From: Promethearchaeati archaeon
GTDB lineage: Archaea > Asgardarchaeota > Heimdallarchaeia > Heimdallarchaeales > Heimdallarchaeaceae
Length of the DNA stretch: 64,000 nucleotides
Direction: 5' to 3'
Assembly (NCBI GenBank): GCA_013166775.1
Contig: JABLTJ010000012.1
Coordinates: forward strand, 18,132-82,131
Numbering within the stretch: position 1 is the stretch's first letter; each line of letters starts with the position of its first letter. Of this stretch, positions 1 through 9,137 are shown in pieces. The notes under the pieces were generated by a model. The model did not search any database, was not told where the DNA came from, and saw nothing but the letters and a program-made list of their open reading frames with translations. The position numbers and the translations under genes were made by a program.

Positions 1-100
1 ACACCCATAAATTACTGACCAAGATTTTAGTTGATCGAGCTCTCTCGTATTTTTCAAGTCCTAATGCTCTTCCAGGACCTCTTCTTTGACCGTGTGCCAT
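1..100 (-). CDS. 5' end of a gene running off the window, probably the partner half of the heterodimeric ABC exporter (MAHGQRRGPGRALGLEKYERARSTKILVSNLWV...)
   Basis: ATG at 100-98 overlaps the TAA of the upstream ABC gene (TAATG coupling); the frame stays open to the window edge. The product is inferred from context only. Confidence 0.6.
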   Translation of the reverse strand, partial: MAHGQRRGPGRALGLEKYERARSTKILVSNLWV

Positions 101-1965
101 TATTTAGAACCTCCTTCTAGAACATCAATATCACTATAAACACCCATGCTTTCTGCCATTGGAAGATGCTGACACATAAACTGATAGTCGACACATCTCT
201 GCAATAATTCTTCATGGGAACCAATATCGACTATCTCTCCTCTTTTCATAAGAATAATAATATCAGCAGCAACAAGTGTTGTAAGCCTTTGAGTAACAAC
301 AATACTAGTGCGATCTTTCATCAGTTCCTCCATAGCATAACGAAGTCTAAGTTCTGTTTTTATGTCAACAGCACTTGTACTATCATCTAAAAGCAGCAGT
401 TTAGGATCTGATAATAGAGCTCGTGCTATTGCTATCCTTTGTCTTTGACCTCCAGAAAGTGTAACTCCTCTCTCACCAATCACTGTTTCATATTTGTTGG
501 GTAGAGTTTCTATAAACTGCGAGATTTGTGCTCTTTCAGCTGCAGATTTAATCTCTTTATCAGATGCTTGTGGTTTAGCAAAAGTTATATTAGCTCTCAA
601 CGTATCAGAGAAAAGGAAAATATCTTGCTCAACCATTGTTACATTCGATCTTACATAATTAGTGTGTATTGAGTCTAGTCTAGTTCCGTCAACTTCTATT
701 GATCCATTTGTTGGATCATAGAGTCTTAAAAGAAGCTTAAGGATTGTTGATTTTCCTGAACCTGGACCTCCAATCAAAGCAACTTTTGAACCTGTAGGTA
801 TTGTAAAAGAAATGTTTTTCAGCACTACTTTCTCAGTCCCAGGGTAAGCAAAATTTACATCTTTGAAATGAATATCTTTTTCCCAATCGCCCTCGATTGG
901 ATTTTCAGGTTGCTGTAGTGGATCGTCGAAAGTCATCATAGACCATAGTCTTTGAGAGTTTTCAAGACCTGCTTGTAGCATGATTAAACGTTGGGGTATC
1001 ATGAAATTTTGTCTATTAAGTGACATAAGTAAACCTAAGATTGATATTAATACTCCTATTGTAAAAGAAGTCCCAGTTGAAGATGTTACCATCCAGAGTC
1101 CATAAGCAAATGCTCCAGCTGTAACAACAATAGTAATCAATGCTGGCCAATAAAAAGCGCTAAGAAATCCTTCTTTCTTCATATCTTCTGCATATTCCAA
1201 ACTTTTCGCATTAAATTTGTTAATCTCTTTTTCATGATTATCAAATGCCCTGACAACTTCCACTCCTCTAAACATTTCTTGTGAAATAGCTGATAGATCA
1301 CCAAGATCAGTAGCAAGTTTTTGTCTAATTGGTCCTACCTTTGCAGCATATCTCCAAGCAATTATTAGATAAATAGCAAAGGATACAGCTAAAACTACAC
1401 CAACTATCCAGTCATACTGTATTAAGAGAACAGTTGTAATAATAATGGTAAACATAGAGCTCAATAACATTCTAAAACCTGGGTGAATAGCCATTCGAAT
1501 CTGATTAATCTCGTTCATACCCATTGACAAAATAACACCAGAATCATTGATATCATAAAATGCCATTGAGTGATCCTGAATTACTTCATAAAATTCTTGT
1601 CGCATGTCTCTTTGTACTCTGAAGGTTGCATCAGCCCAGATATAAATATTCAGACTAAGTGACACCCAACTAATTAGAACGAAAATAATCATTCGTACTA
1701 TAAGCGAGTTAAATTCGGTCGAAAAAATCGTACCTGCATTGATATCAATCAAAAGGATATCTAATACATCTCCAACAAGAGCAATTGTTTTTGTTGTTAG
1801 ATACGTACTTGCTACGAGTAAAACCAATGCAAAACCATACATCAAAGGTTGTCTCTGAAAGGCGGACCAAAACCATCGTGTAGCTGATTTGTATTTCTTT
1901 GTAATCTCTAGTTGAATTTCTGGACTATACTGTGTTTTCTGTTTTTCAATAGTTGATGTTGCCAT
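100..1965 (-). CDS. ABC exporter, fused permease + ATP-binding domain (MdlA/MdlB-like)
   Basis: N-terminal TM helices; Walker A GGPGSGKST, signature LSGGQRQR, Walker B LLLLDD. Confidence 0.93.
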   Translation of the reverse strand: MATSTIEKQKTQYSPEIQLEITKKYKSATRWFWSAFQRQPLMYGFALVLLVASTYLTTKTIALVGDVLDILLIDINAGTIFSTEFNSLIVRMIIFVLISWVSLSLNIYIWADATFRVQRDMRQEFYEVIQDHSMAFYDINDSGVILSMGMNEINQIRMAIHPGFRMLLSSMFTIIITTVLLIQYDWIVGVVLAVSFAIYLIIAWRYAAKVGPIRQKLATDLGDLSAISQEMFRGVEVVRAFDNHEKEINKFNAKSLEYAEDMKKEGFLSAFYWPALITIVVTAGAFAYGLWMVTSSTGTSFTIGVLISILGLLMSLNRQNFMIPQRLIMLQAGLENSQRLWSMMTFDDPLQQPENPIEGDWEKDIHFKDVNFAYPGTEKVVLKNISFTIPTGSKVALIGGPGSGKSTILKLLLRLYDPTNGSIEVDGTRLDSIHTNYVRSNVTMVEQDIFLFSDTLRANITFAKPQASDKEIKSAAERAQISQFIETLPNKYETVIGERGVTLSGGQRQRIAIARALLSDPKLLLLDDSTSAVDIKTELRLRYAMEELMKDRTSIVVTQRLTTLVAADIIILMKRGEIVDIGSHEELLQRCVDYQFMCQHLPMAESMGVYSDIDVLEGGSK

Positions 1966-2925
1966 TTAATTCAGCTCCTTCAAGAGTTTGCTTATTGATT
2001 CTTTTCTTTCAACAAGTTTGATTTTAAGATACTCTTTAGCTAGTTCTCTCTCATCCTCTGATTCAATTCTGTCCAGATGTTCTTTAACAAGACCTGGATG
2101 CCTCAGAAAAACTCGAAAACTTGGCAAAGGCAAACCATGTTCCATAAACATTCTTGAAAATGGTCGTTCATTTTGCTTTCCTTTATGATGAAGCAAATAT
2201 TTTCTGTCTTCATGAGGGATGTCATCTGCTAATCGTCTGAACACATCTCCAAAAGGATTGAAGAATAGAACTTTTCTTTGTTTTTTAGGCATAAAATGTT
2301 TATCATCTACATGGAAAACAAAACCTGTAATATCAATAATATTGATTAGTAGCCTTGCTAATGTGTTTCTTCCCAGCTCTGTAATTTGGTAGATTTTCTT
2401 TAATCTTCCTCCCTCTTTGTCATCTTTGACATACTCAATCAAACCACTTTTCTCTAAGGATTCTATTGCAGGATAAATTCCACTAATATTGCTCCAAATT
2501 GTGGTCATTGATTTTATTTCTTGAACAGATTTTTCCAAATCCTTAGTTATCTCAGAGAGGTAAGCTAAATCCTTTTTGATATTGTCTTCTTTATCCCTAG
2601 TTAGAAGGTTCTTTATCCGAGGATTTAACTTGAATATTGGGCAGTCCTCAATACTCTTTTCTATAGCTCTCCTCTTTGAATTATACTCATCTGTATTAAT
2701 AATATTTTTTGTAATTAGTTGTTGTAAATCATGAAGAGTCTTTATATGATCATCAATGAATTCCAAACTGTTTCTTCGTTTTTCATATAAAATATCTGAA
2801 GCTTTAGAACACATCTCATAGGCATGAGAACCTTCAGGAGAACGAGCAAGGTGTATTAAAATCGCAATTTCCCCTAATTTTCTTGCTAGCTTCTCTTCAT
2901 ATTTGCTTGTTAAATTTTCTTTCAT
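1966..2925 (-). CDS. PadR-family winged-helix transcriptional regulator with a large helical insertion
   Basis: ILIHLARSPEGSHAYEM (helices 1-2), then after ~95 aa GIYPAIESLEKSGLIE...GRLKKIYQITELGR (recognition helix and wing); directly abuts the ABC gene. Confidence 0.75.
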   Translation of the reverse strand: MKENLTSKYEEKLARKLGEIAILIHLARSPEGSHAYEMCSKASDILYEKRRNSLEFIDDHIKTLHDLQQLITKNIINTDEYNSKRRAIEKSIEDCPIFKLNPRIKNLLTRDKEDNIKKDLAYLSEITKDLEKSVQEIKSMTTIWSNISGIYPAIESLEKSGLIEYVKDDKEGGRLKKIYQITELGRNTLARLLINIIDITGFVFHVDDKHFMPKKQRKVLFFNPFGDVFRRLADDIPHEDRKYLLHHKGKQNERPFSRMFMEHGLPLPSFRVFLRHPGLVKEHLDRIESEDERELAKEYLKIKLVERKESISKLLKELN

Positions 2926-2984
2926 TTTTTGCTTTCACCAAACAAAAGTTTATTATCGAAAGTCGCATTAATATTCTTTTTATA

Positions 2985-3008
2985 TAATATTCAGAAACCT
3001 GAATATTA
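2985..3008. promoter_or_regulatory. Perfect inverted repeat, candidate PadR operator
   Basis: TAATATTCAG-AAAC-CTGAATATTA (10-bp arms, 4-nt spacer), ~60 nt upstream of the PadR start and adjacent to TATA-like AT tracts. Confidence 0.55.
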
Positions 3009-3057
3009 ATAAATCTTACCATATGTAAGAATTAGAAAATACTAAATAAAAGTTCAA

Positions 3058-3387
3058 TCACAGCTTAATTGCTTGTGCTAAAAGATCTACTATCAGCTCT
3101 GATTTGATGTCGCTTAAAGACTCAACTCTAATGAATTTAATCATTTCATTCCTTCCCTGTAATAAACTATGAGAATCTTTTATTTCTCCTCTAATCCATA
3201 TCATAAGATTAACATGATCTTCGAAGGAGTTAATTGAACAAATCTTTTTTTCTGTCATATAGACTGGGATACAGAATTTGATGTCCTCATTTAAGAACGA
3301 AAAATTTGATAAAATAATATTACGTAATTCTTCTACAATCTCTTGAATTTCAGTTGGAAATTGTATTATATATTCTCCAATCTCCAT
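3058..3387 (-). CDS. DUF1801/YdhG-like domain protein
   Basis: IGEYI...IVEELRNII...EDIKFCIPVY...HVNL pattern; start more likely at MEIGEY (3387) than at 3471. Confidence 0.75.
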   Translation of the reverse strand: MEIGEYIIQFPTEIQEIVEELRNIILSNFSFLNEDIKFCIPVYMTEKKICSINSFEDHVNLMIWIRGEIKDSHSLLQGRNEMIKFIRVESLSDIKSELIVDLLAQAIKL

Positions 3388-3595
3388 TCTATTACCAATA
3401 ATCACTTTACTCAACCATTTAGCTGTGAAGGATTTTATTAGTAATCCTTTATAAATTTGATAAAATGACAAAAAAACTATTGATTGGAAAATTAGAAAAA
3501 TAGAAAATCCATTAATTTAAGAAGGTGGATAAGATGAATAAAAGAAAATTTGAATATTAAAACAAGTTTATCCAATAACAGCATAATCAGTTAGA

Positions 3596-4279
3596 TTATT
3601 TTTTGGTAAAAAACCAAAAGAATTTTCGTTTCTTTTTCGTTTCTTCTGAAACAGTTTTTCTTAATTCAATAACTCCATCACGTAATGCAAGTTTATAAAC
3701 TAAGTCTCTAAAACCTTCAGGTTCCTCTTCTTGTTCAATTACATACACCAAAGGTATTCGTTTTCTTTCTGTTTCTAAAGCTCTAGTTATCCTACCAGCT
3801 TCATATTTTTCCTTAACTTGACTATCTTTTCCTATCCAGACGAATATTTCATTATAAGCATCTAAAACAAAAGCATCATCTGATTTGAAACCTCGATAAT
3901 CTATGGGAATTTCTGTTGTAATAATCTCACCCTTATCATTTTGCTTGATTTGTAGGAGTTGATAGTCTTTTTCAAATTTCTTCTCAATTTTCTTCAGAAT
4001 TCGTGGAGTATCACCTTCTGTAATCTTGAAAGAAATTATTTTCTTGAATTCTTCAGGTTCTTCATTTTCAGATATAGTTTTGATTTTTAAATCCTTTTTC
4101 TTCTCTTGAAGGATTTTTGCTGACCAAATTCCAGCAAATTTATCATCAACATATGATTTTGAACCCAACCATAACCAAAAAACACTCTCTGTTTCTACAA
4201 TATATACATCTCCTCTATAGAATACATATGGTTCATTTAAAGGAACCAAATCATTTCCTACTATTCGAAAAATCTTCAT
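3596..4279 (-). CDS. Two-domain gelsolin-like actin regulator (Asgard 2DGel type)
   Basis: Two gelsolin repeats: FYRGDVYIVE..FWLWLGSKS..DK..EENEEPEEF and FKSDDAFVLD..IFVWIGKDS..EK..EQEEEPEGF; start probably MKIFRI (4279). Confidence 0.88.
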   Translation of the reverse strand: MKIFRIVGNDLVPLNEPYVFYRGDVYIVETESVFWLWLGSKSYVDDKFAGIWSAKILQEKKKDLKIKTISENEEPEEFKKIISFKITEGDTPRILKKIEKKFEKDYQLLQIKQNDKGEIITTEIPIDYRGFKSDDAFVLDAYNEIFVWIGKDSQVKEKYEAGRITRALETERKRIPLVYVIEQEEEPEGFRDLVYKLALRDGVIELRKTVSEETKKKRKFFWFFTKK

Positions 4280-4396
4280 AAGGTTTTTTTTCTGCAACGC
4301 ATAAATACTTTTGCACAACAAGTTTTTTACTGATCTTAGAGTATTTATTTCATTTTTGATGAAAAAGAATATATACAGTCTAGAGATAAAATAATT

Positions 4397-4969
4397 ATGG
4401 CTGAAAATTCTGATTTTATTGGATTGTTAATTCGAATTTTCAATCTATTTTCTGGAATAATCTATATTATTACTGCAATTCTATTATTTGCACAGATAAA
4501 TCTTAATACTCAAAACACTCTTTTATTTATATCAATCATTTTAATATTTATTGGCATATTACGATTTATAAACGGAAGTTTAAACACAAATCTTCAGAAA
4601 TACTTAAGAATTTCTCGAATAATAGCTGGCATCATTATTTTGGCTTTAGCAGTTTCAGCAGTTGCTAGAGGCTCTATAGAATCAACTGCTATAATTCTGC
4701 TAGCAATTGCTGTTCTTATAAACAGTATTCAAAAATCGCTAATTGGTGTTTTTGAAAAACATTATCCAGTTTGGTTTAGAGCAATATCAATATTAGGAGG
4801 AACAATAACAATAGTATTAAGTCTTCTTGTAATATTTGGGACTTCTTGGGACGTATTTATTTTGATAATCTTATTCGCAATTGTGTTTTTGTTAAATGGA
4901 GTAAGCAGATTAATTAATGCTATTTCTAATCCCATAGAAAAGAAAGGAAGAAAAGTCTCAGCTCGCTGA
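4397..4969 (+). CDS. DUF308/HdeD-like membrane protein (paralog 1)
   Basis: Six short TM helices with repeated 'GxxRxxxG' helix-pair motifs; similar to 9138-9698 and 9803-10513. Confidence 0.7.
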   Translation: MAENSDFIGLLIRIFNLFSGIIYIITAILLFAQINLNTQNTLLFISIILIFIGILRFINGSLNTNLQKYLRISRIIAGIIILALAVSAVARGSIESTAIILLAIAVLINSIQKSLIGVFEKHYPVWFRAISILGGTITIVLSLLVIFGTSWDVFILIILFAIVFLLNGVSRLINAISNPIEKKGRKVSAR

Positions 4970-6340
4970 TTCTTCTGCAATCTTCTTTTCTCGCATTTTT
5001 ATTGAATACCATAAGATTATGTACCCAATTATTCCAGCAATAACAGAAGCTAACAAAATTCCAAACTTCGCAGTATCAAGAAGATTGTCTGTATCAACAA
5101 ATGCTAAACCTGCAATAAAATTAGACATTGTAAAACCTATTCCTGCTAGAAATCCAATTCCTGCTAATTGCATCCAATTTACATTTACAGGAAACTCAAA
5201 GATTTTAGTTTTAGAGTACAAGAAGGAGAATGTCAACATACCCAAGGGTTTTCCTATTAATAATCCTAGAAATACTCCAAAGAAAACATTAGTTGAAAAA
5301 CCTCCTCCACCTAAGGAACTAAAATCTATTCCAGAGTTAGCTAATCCAAACAAAGGAACTATAAAGAAGACTACCCAATTAATCAATTTGTGTTCAATAA
5401 TTTCAAGCGGAGTCAGTATATTAGAAAAACCATCTTCTAATGCTTGTATCGAAGCTTTATATCTAGAATATACAATACTATCGCCTTCACTCAACTCTAT
5501 TTCAGATATATATCCTAGTGTTTTTGTACTAATCTCATGAAATTCTGACACATCTATCCTTTTGGTTGCAGGAATAGTTGTAGCAAGGAGAATTCCTGTA
5601 AGGGTTGAATGAACACCTGATTGAAATATAAAGAACCACAGAAGGATACCCGGAATAATATAAATTATACTTCTACGCACTCCAATCTTGTTTAAAAGGT
5701 AGAGAATACCTAAGATTAAAGCACTTACTAACAAGAAAATCCATTGAATCTGACTTGAGTAGAAGATTGCTATTACTAAAATTGCTCCAATATCATCTAT
5801 AATTGCAATAGAAGTTAAAAGAAGTTTTAATTTCTTTGGAATGTTGTAAGTAAATAATGCTAATATTCCTAAAGATATAGCAATATCTGTTGACATTGGT
5901 ATACCCCAACCGTTTACACCACTACTTTGAGGAGGATTAAAAATCAAATAAATAATAGCAGGAAAAATCATACCGCCAAGAGCTGCGATAATTGAAAGAG
6001 AAGCTTCCTTTAAATCTGTTAAACCGCCAACAATCAATTCACGTTTTAATTCCAATCCAATTATGAAGAAAAAAACAGCCATTAAACCGTCATTTATCCA
6101 ATGTAGGAGTGATTGATGAAAATTAAAAGAACCTATACTGAATCCAATATAAGTATTCCATAAGCTAGTATAAGTATCACCAAAAGGGAGATTGATCCAT
6201 ATTAAACCAATTAAAACACAGAACAATAAAATATGGCTTCCAGATGCTTCTTTATGTATAAATCTCTGGAGTGGAGAGATTATTCTGACTATTGGGGGAT
6301 TCTTCAAAGTGTTATAGATTTTTTTTGGAATCTCTGACAT
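4958..6340 (-). CDS. nhaA: Na+/H+ antiporter NhaA
   Basis: WINDGLMAVFFF..GLELKRE, GWGIPMSTDIA, AIIDDIGA, SGVHSTL, GIGFTMS motifs. Confidence 0.95.
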   Translation of the reverse strand: MSEIPKKIYNTLKNPPIVRIISPLQRFIHKEASGSHILLFCVLIGLIWINLPFGDTYTSLWNTYIGFSIGSFNFHQSLLHWINDGLMAVFFFIIGLELKRELIVGGLTDLKEASLSIIAALGGMIFPAIIYLIFNPPQSSGVNGWGIPMSTDIAISLGILALFTYNIPKKLKLLLTSIAIIDDIGAILVIAIFYSSQIQWIFLLVSALILGILYLLNKIGVRRSIIYIIPGILLWFFIFQSGVHSTLTGILLATTIPATKRIDVSEFHEISTKTLGYISEIELSEGDSIVYSRYKASIQALEDGFSNILTPLEIIEHKLINWVVFFIVPLFGLANSGIDFSSLGGGGFSTNVFFGVFLGLLIGKPLGMLTFSFLYSKTKIFEFPVNVNWMQLAGIGFLAGIGFTMSNFIAGLAFVDTDNLLDTAKFGILLASVIAGIIGYIILWYSIKMREKKIAEESAS

Positions 6341-6484
6341 AAGAAAGATTTATCATTAGTGTTTTTTAATTTTTTTCCTATATTTTCTTTTAAATACTAT
6401 AAGTTTCAGTTAAGATTTTTTTTACCAAATTGCTTTTCTTAACAAACTATGCTCTAGAATGCTTTTTGTCTATTCTTACAAATC

Positions 6485-6527
6485 TTTAAATAAAAAGAAA
6501 CGATAATAATACAATTACAAATGGAGG
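6485..6527 (+). promoter_or_regulatory. TATA-like box and Shine-Dalgarno site of the histone gene
   Basis: TTTAAATA at 6485-6492; GGAGG at 6523-6527, 7 nt before the ATG at 6535. Confidence 0.45.
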
Positions 6528-6534
6528 TTTAAGT

Positions 6535-6738
6535 ATGTCAAAGAAAAAGAAAGATTTACCTACAGATATGTTGATTGTTAAATCAAAAGTAAAAGAGTAT
6601 GTAAAAACACTTGGTGACTATAATGTTTCTTCAGAATTCTATGAAGTGTTTAATCATAAGGTTGCAGAAATGATAAGAAAAGCAGCTAAAAGAACTAAAC
6701 ACAATAATAGAAAAACAGTAGCTGCAAGAGATGTATAG
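6535..6738 (+). CDS. Histone-fold protein with truncated alpha3 (face-to-face/DUF1931-like type) and short Lys-rich N-tail
   Basis: LIVKSKVKEY...NVSSEFYE...AAKR...RKTVAARDV; 67 aa; strong RBS; followed by a T-rich tract. Confidence 0.88.
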   Translation: MSKKKKDLPTDMLIVKSKVKEYVKTLGDYNVSSEFYEVFNHKVAEMIRKAAKRTKHNNRKTVAARDV

Positions 6739-6744
6739 AATTCA

Positions 6745-6770
6745 TTTTCCTTTATCTTTTCTTTTTTTCT
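6745..6770 (+). terminator. Oligo-T archaeal-type terminator after the histone gene
   Basis: Pyrimidine/T-rich run immediately downstream of the stop codon. Confidence 0.4.
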
Positions 6771-6833
6771 CGGATTTTAAATAAAATTTAATAATATTCG
6801 ATAATTTAAAATATCAAGAAGCTAATATGTTGG

Positions 6834-7814
6834 TTGAAAAAAATGCATATAAAGAAAAAATATATAATTTATAGTATTCTCTTGAGTATCTTCAGCCTAG
6901 TAGTTATACTCTTTTTCTTTAGTTATTTTAAAGTAAATAATTTTATTGAGAATGCCTTTAACAATGCTTTTCCTCAAGAAGGAATAGAAAATCCATATCA
7001 CTTATTTTTACAAACATATATTTTATCATTAATCATATATGTTATCATCGGTGTAGTTTTGATATGGTTGTGGAGATTATTGATAAGAGCGATAAAAGCA
7101 AAAGTTTCTCCTTCAATTCTAAATACCTTGAAAATCCTTGGAGATATAATAATTATCCCTTTTGTTGCTATAGCATATCTAAATAAGTTCGAAGCTCTGA
7201 GTGGAACACTGATTGGTGTAGCTGCTATCGTTGGGACAGCTATTGGTTTTGCTTCGACTACTACTGTAGGTAATTTAATAGCAGGTCTTTATCTAATAGT
7301 AAGTAGACCCTTCCAGATAACCGATTACATTATCATACCTGATATGAGTACAGAAGGTGTTGTTAGAGAGATGGGTATAAACTACACAAAAGTAGATCAA
7401 CCAGATGGAAACACAGCGATTTTACCAAATAGTGGATTATTGAACAAATGGATCTATAATACTAAAATTGTAAAATCAGTAAATGACAATGACAAAAAAA
7501 ATAGTTATTTCCATAAAATAAAAAAGAAAGTCTCTATAGTGTATTCATATCCCTTAAAATGGGCATGTTTCTCTGATGATAGTCATAAAGAATGTGTTAA
7601 GGCAATTGAAATAACATCAAACCAGTTTGAAACAAAATTGCTGGAATCTGTAACATGGTTTATTGTTACCAGGGATCGCTTTCACAGAACTTATCAGATG
7701 AATTTAACAGTGGATGATTCATATCAATTAATAGATTTAACTGGAGAATTTATGAATGCTCTAGAAGCTAACTATGAAGAAATAAAAATAAAAGATTCTG
7801 TAACTAATGTATAA
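6834..7814 (+). CDS. Small-conductance mechanosensitive channel (MscS family)
   Basis: AIGFASTTTVGNLIAGLYLIVSRPFQITDYI...EGVVREMGINYT...ILPNS. Confidence 0.88.
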   Translation: MKKMHIKKKYIIYSILLSIFSLVVILFFFSYFKVNNFIENAFNNAFPQEGIENPYHLFLQTYILSLIIYVIIGVVLIWLWRLLIRAIKAKVSPSILNTLKILGDIIIIPFVAIAYLNKFEALSGTLIGVAAIVGTAIGFASTTTVGNLIAGLYLIVSRPFQITDYIIIPDMSTEGVVREMGINYTKVDQPDGNTAILPNSGLLNKWIYNTKIVKSVNDNDKKNSYFHKIKKKVSIVYSYPLKWACFSDDSHKECVKAIEITSNQFETKLLESVTWFIVTRDRFHRTYQMNLTVDDSYQLIDLTGEFMNALEANYEEIKIKDSVTNV

Positions 7815-7879
7815 AGTTTCTTTTTTCGTAATCCAAAGACTTTATAAATTATAAAGAAAATTAGGAATTTGGTGAGAAT

Positions 7880-8275
7880 TTGGCAGCAATAGTATTTGCT
7901 TTTAGTGCTGTATGGTGGGAGTGGCTCATTTGGGCTGGAGAAATAGTTTTTGTATTTGGAGTTCTTCTTTTAATTGAATTTCTAATAAGTAGAAAAGAGT
8001 TCAGAAAGGATTTGGTTTGGAAATCTTTTGTCACTGCAATTTGTATCATAATCTTTGTTGTAATAACAGGATGGATAGCCTCATTCTTTAAATTCGAACA
8101 AAATCAATCCTTGTTTCCATTATCGATCGTGTTAACTTTTGCTTTATCAATGCTACTTATTTACAAATGGTTAGAACCTCAACATTTCAATATTTCACTT
8201 GCGATAACAACTATAATATTGCTAGTTATCTACTTACTAAGAATTCTATTAGATTTAAGTCTTTATCTAACTTAA
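7880..8275 (+). CDS. Hypothetical 4-TM membrane protein
   Basis: Four hydrophobic segments; TTG start after a GGTGA SD-like motif. Confidence 0.6.
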   Translation: MAAIVFAFSAVWWEWLIWAGEIVFVFGVLLLIEFLISRKEFRKDLVWKSFVTAICIIIFVVITGWIASFFKFEQNQSLFPLSIVLTFALSMLLIYKWLEPQHFNISLAITTIILLVIYLLRILLDLSLYLT

Positions 8276-8336
8276 AATTAAAAGAAGAGTTTTTTTTTTT
8301 GAAAAAATTTTTAAATTTAAAAACGCATCTAGAACT

Positions 8337-9032
8337 ATGAAAATTAGAATGGATTTCGAAACAGAGTGGGGATATCTCATAAATCCAAAGAATTTTCAAA
8401 TATTACGAATAAAGGATGATATTCCTGAAGGATTTTTTGTTATACTAAAACAGAGAGAGTTTGTTATAGAAATTAATAGAACAGTAGTTAAGAATACTTA
8501 TGGTTTTGTCAAGAAGAATGCACTACAAAAGTTGGATAAGAGAAAATTATCAGAATATTTAGCTGCTGCATGTGCTGATTTCATTCTAAAGAATACTAAT
8601 TTACCTCCGAATGTACTAATTGAAGGAGATCTAAAATATATGAAACCTGCAAATCTTGCATTTTCTGTAACTAGCTATGATGTTTTTCATCTAAAAATAG
8701 ATTCAGTTCTTCTAAAAGGAGAAAATCCTAAAGAACTACTTGAATCAATCATGAAAGAAAGAAATCGCAGCTTGTCCTTCAAGAAAAAAGAGATGAGATG
8801 GAAAGTGGAATATGCTAAAAGTAGTAGAGCAACATGCAAAAAATGTAATAACAAAATAGAAAAAAACACTCTCAGGATAGGAGAACCAAGTTATTATCAA
8901 GAACATCTTTCATTCAAGTGGTTTCATGAAGATTGTGTAGACTTATCCAAATTTGATGAAACAAAATTATCTGGGCTTGTAGAAATAAAACCTCATGATA
9001 GACGGAGAATAGAGAAGAAGCTTAAGAAATAG
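8337..9032 (+). CDS. PARP-type zinc-finger protein with an unknown N-terminal domain
   Basis: C-terminal VEYAKSSRATCKKC...I.K..LRIG...KWFHEDC...GLVEIKPHDRRRI (C167, C170, H197, C200). Confidence 0.88.
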   Translation: MKIRMDFETEWGYLINPKNFQILRIKDDIPEGFFVILKQREFVIEINRTVVKNTYGFVKKNALQKLDKRKLSEYLAAACADFILKNTNLPPNVLIEGDLKYMKPANLAFSVTSYDVFHLKIDSVLLKGENPKELLESIMKERNRSLSFKKKEMRWKVEYAKSSRATCKKCNNKIEKNTLRIGEPSYYQEHLSFKWFHEDCVDLSKFDETKLSGLVEIKPHDRRRIEKKLKK

Positions 9033-9137
9033 TAAGGATTGCGAAATTTGTTTTCTAGTATATTGTACTAAGAAAAATAATCAATATAAAGATTTTTTAC
9101 TAGATTTCAGAAAATAGAAAAAAACAGAAGAAATAGT

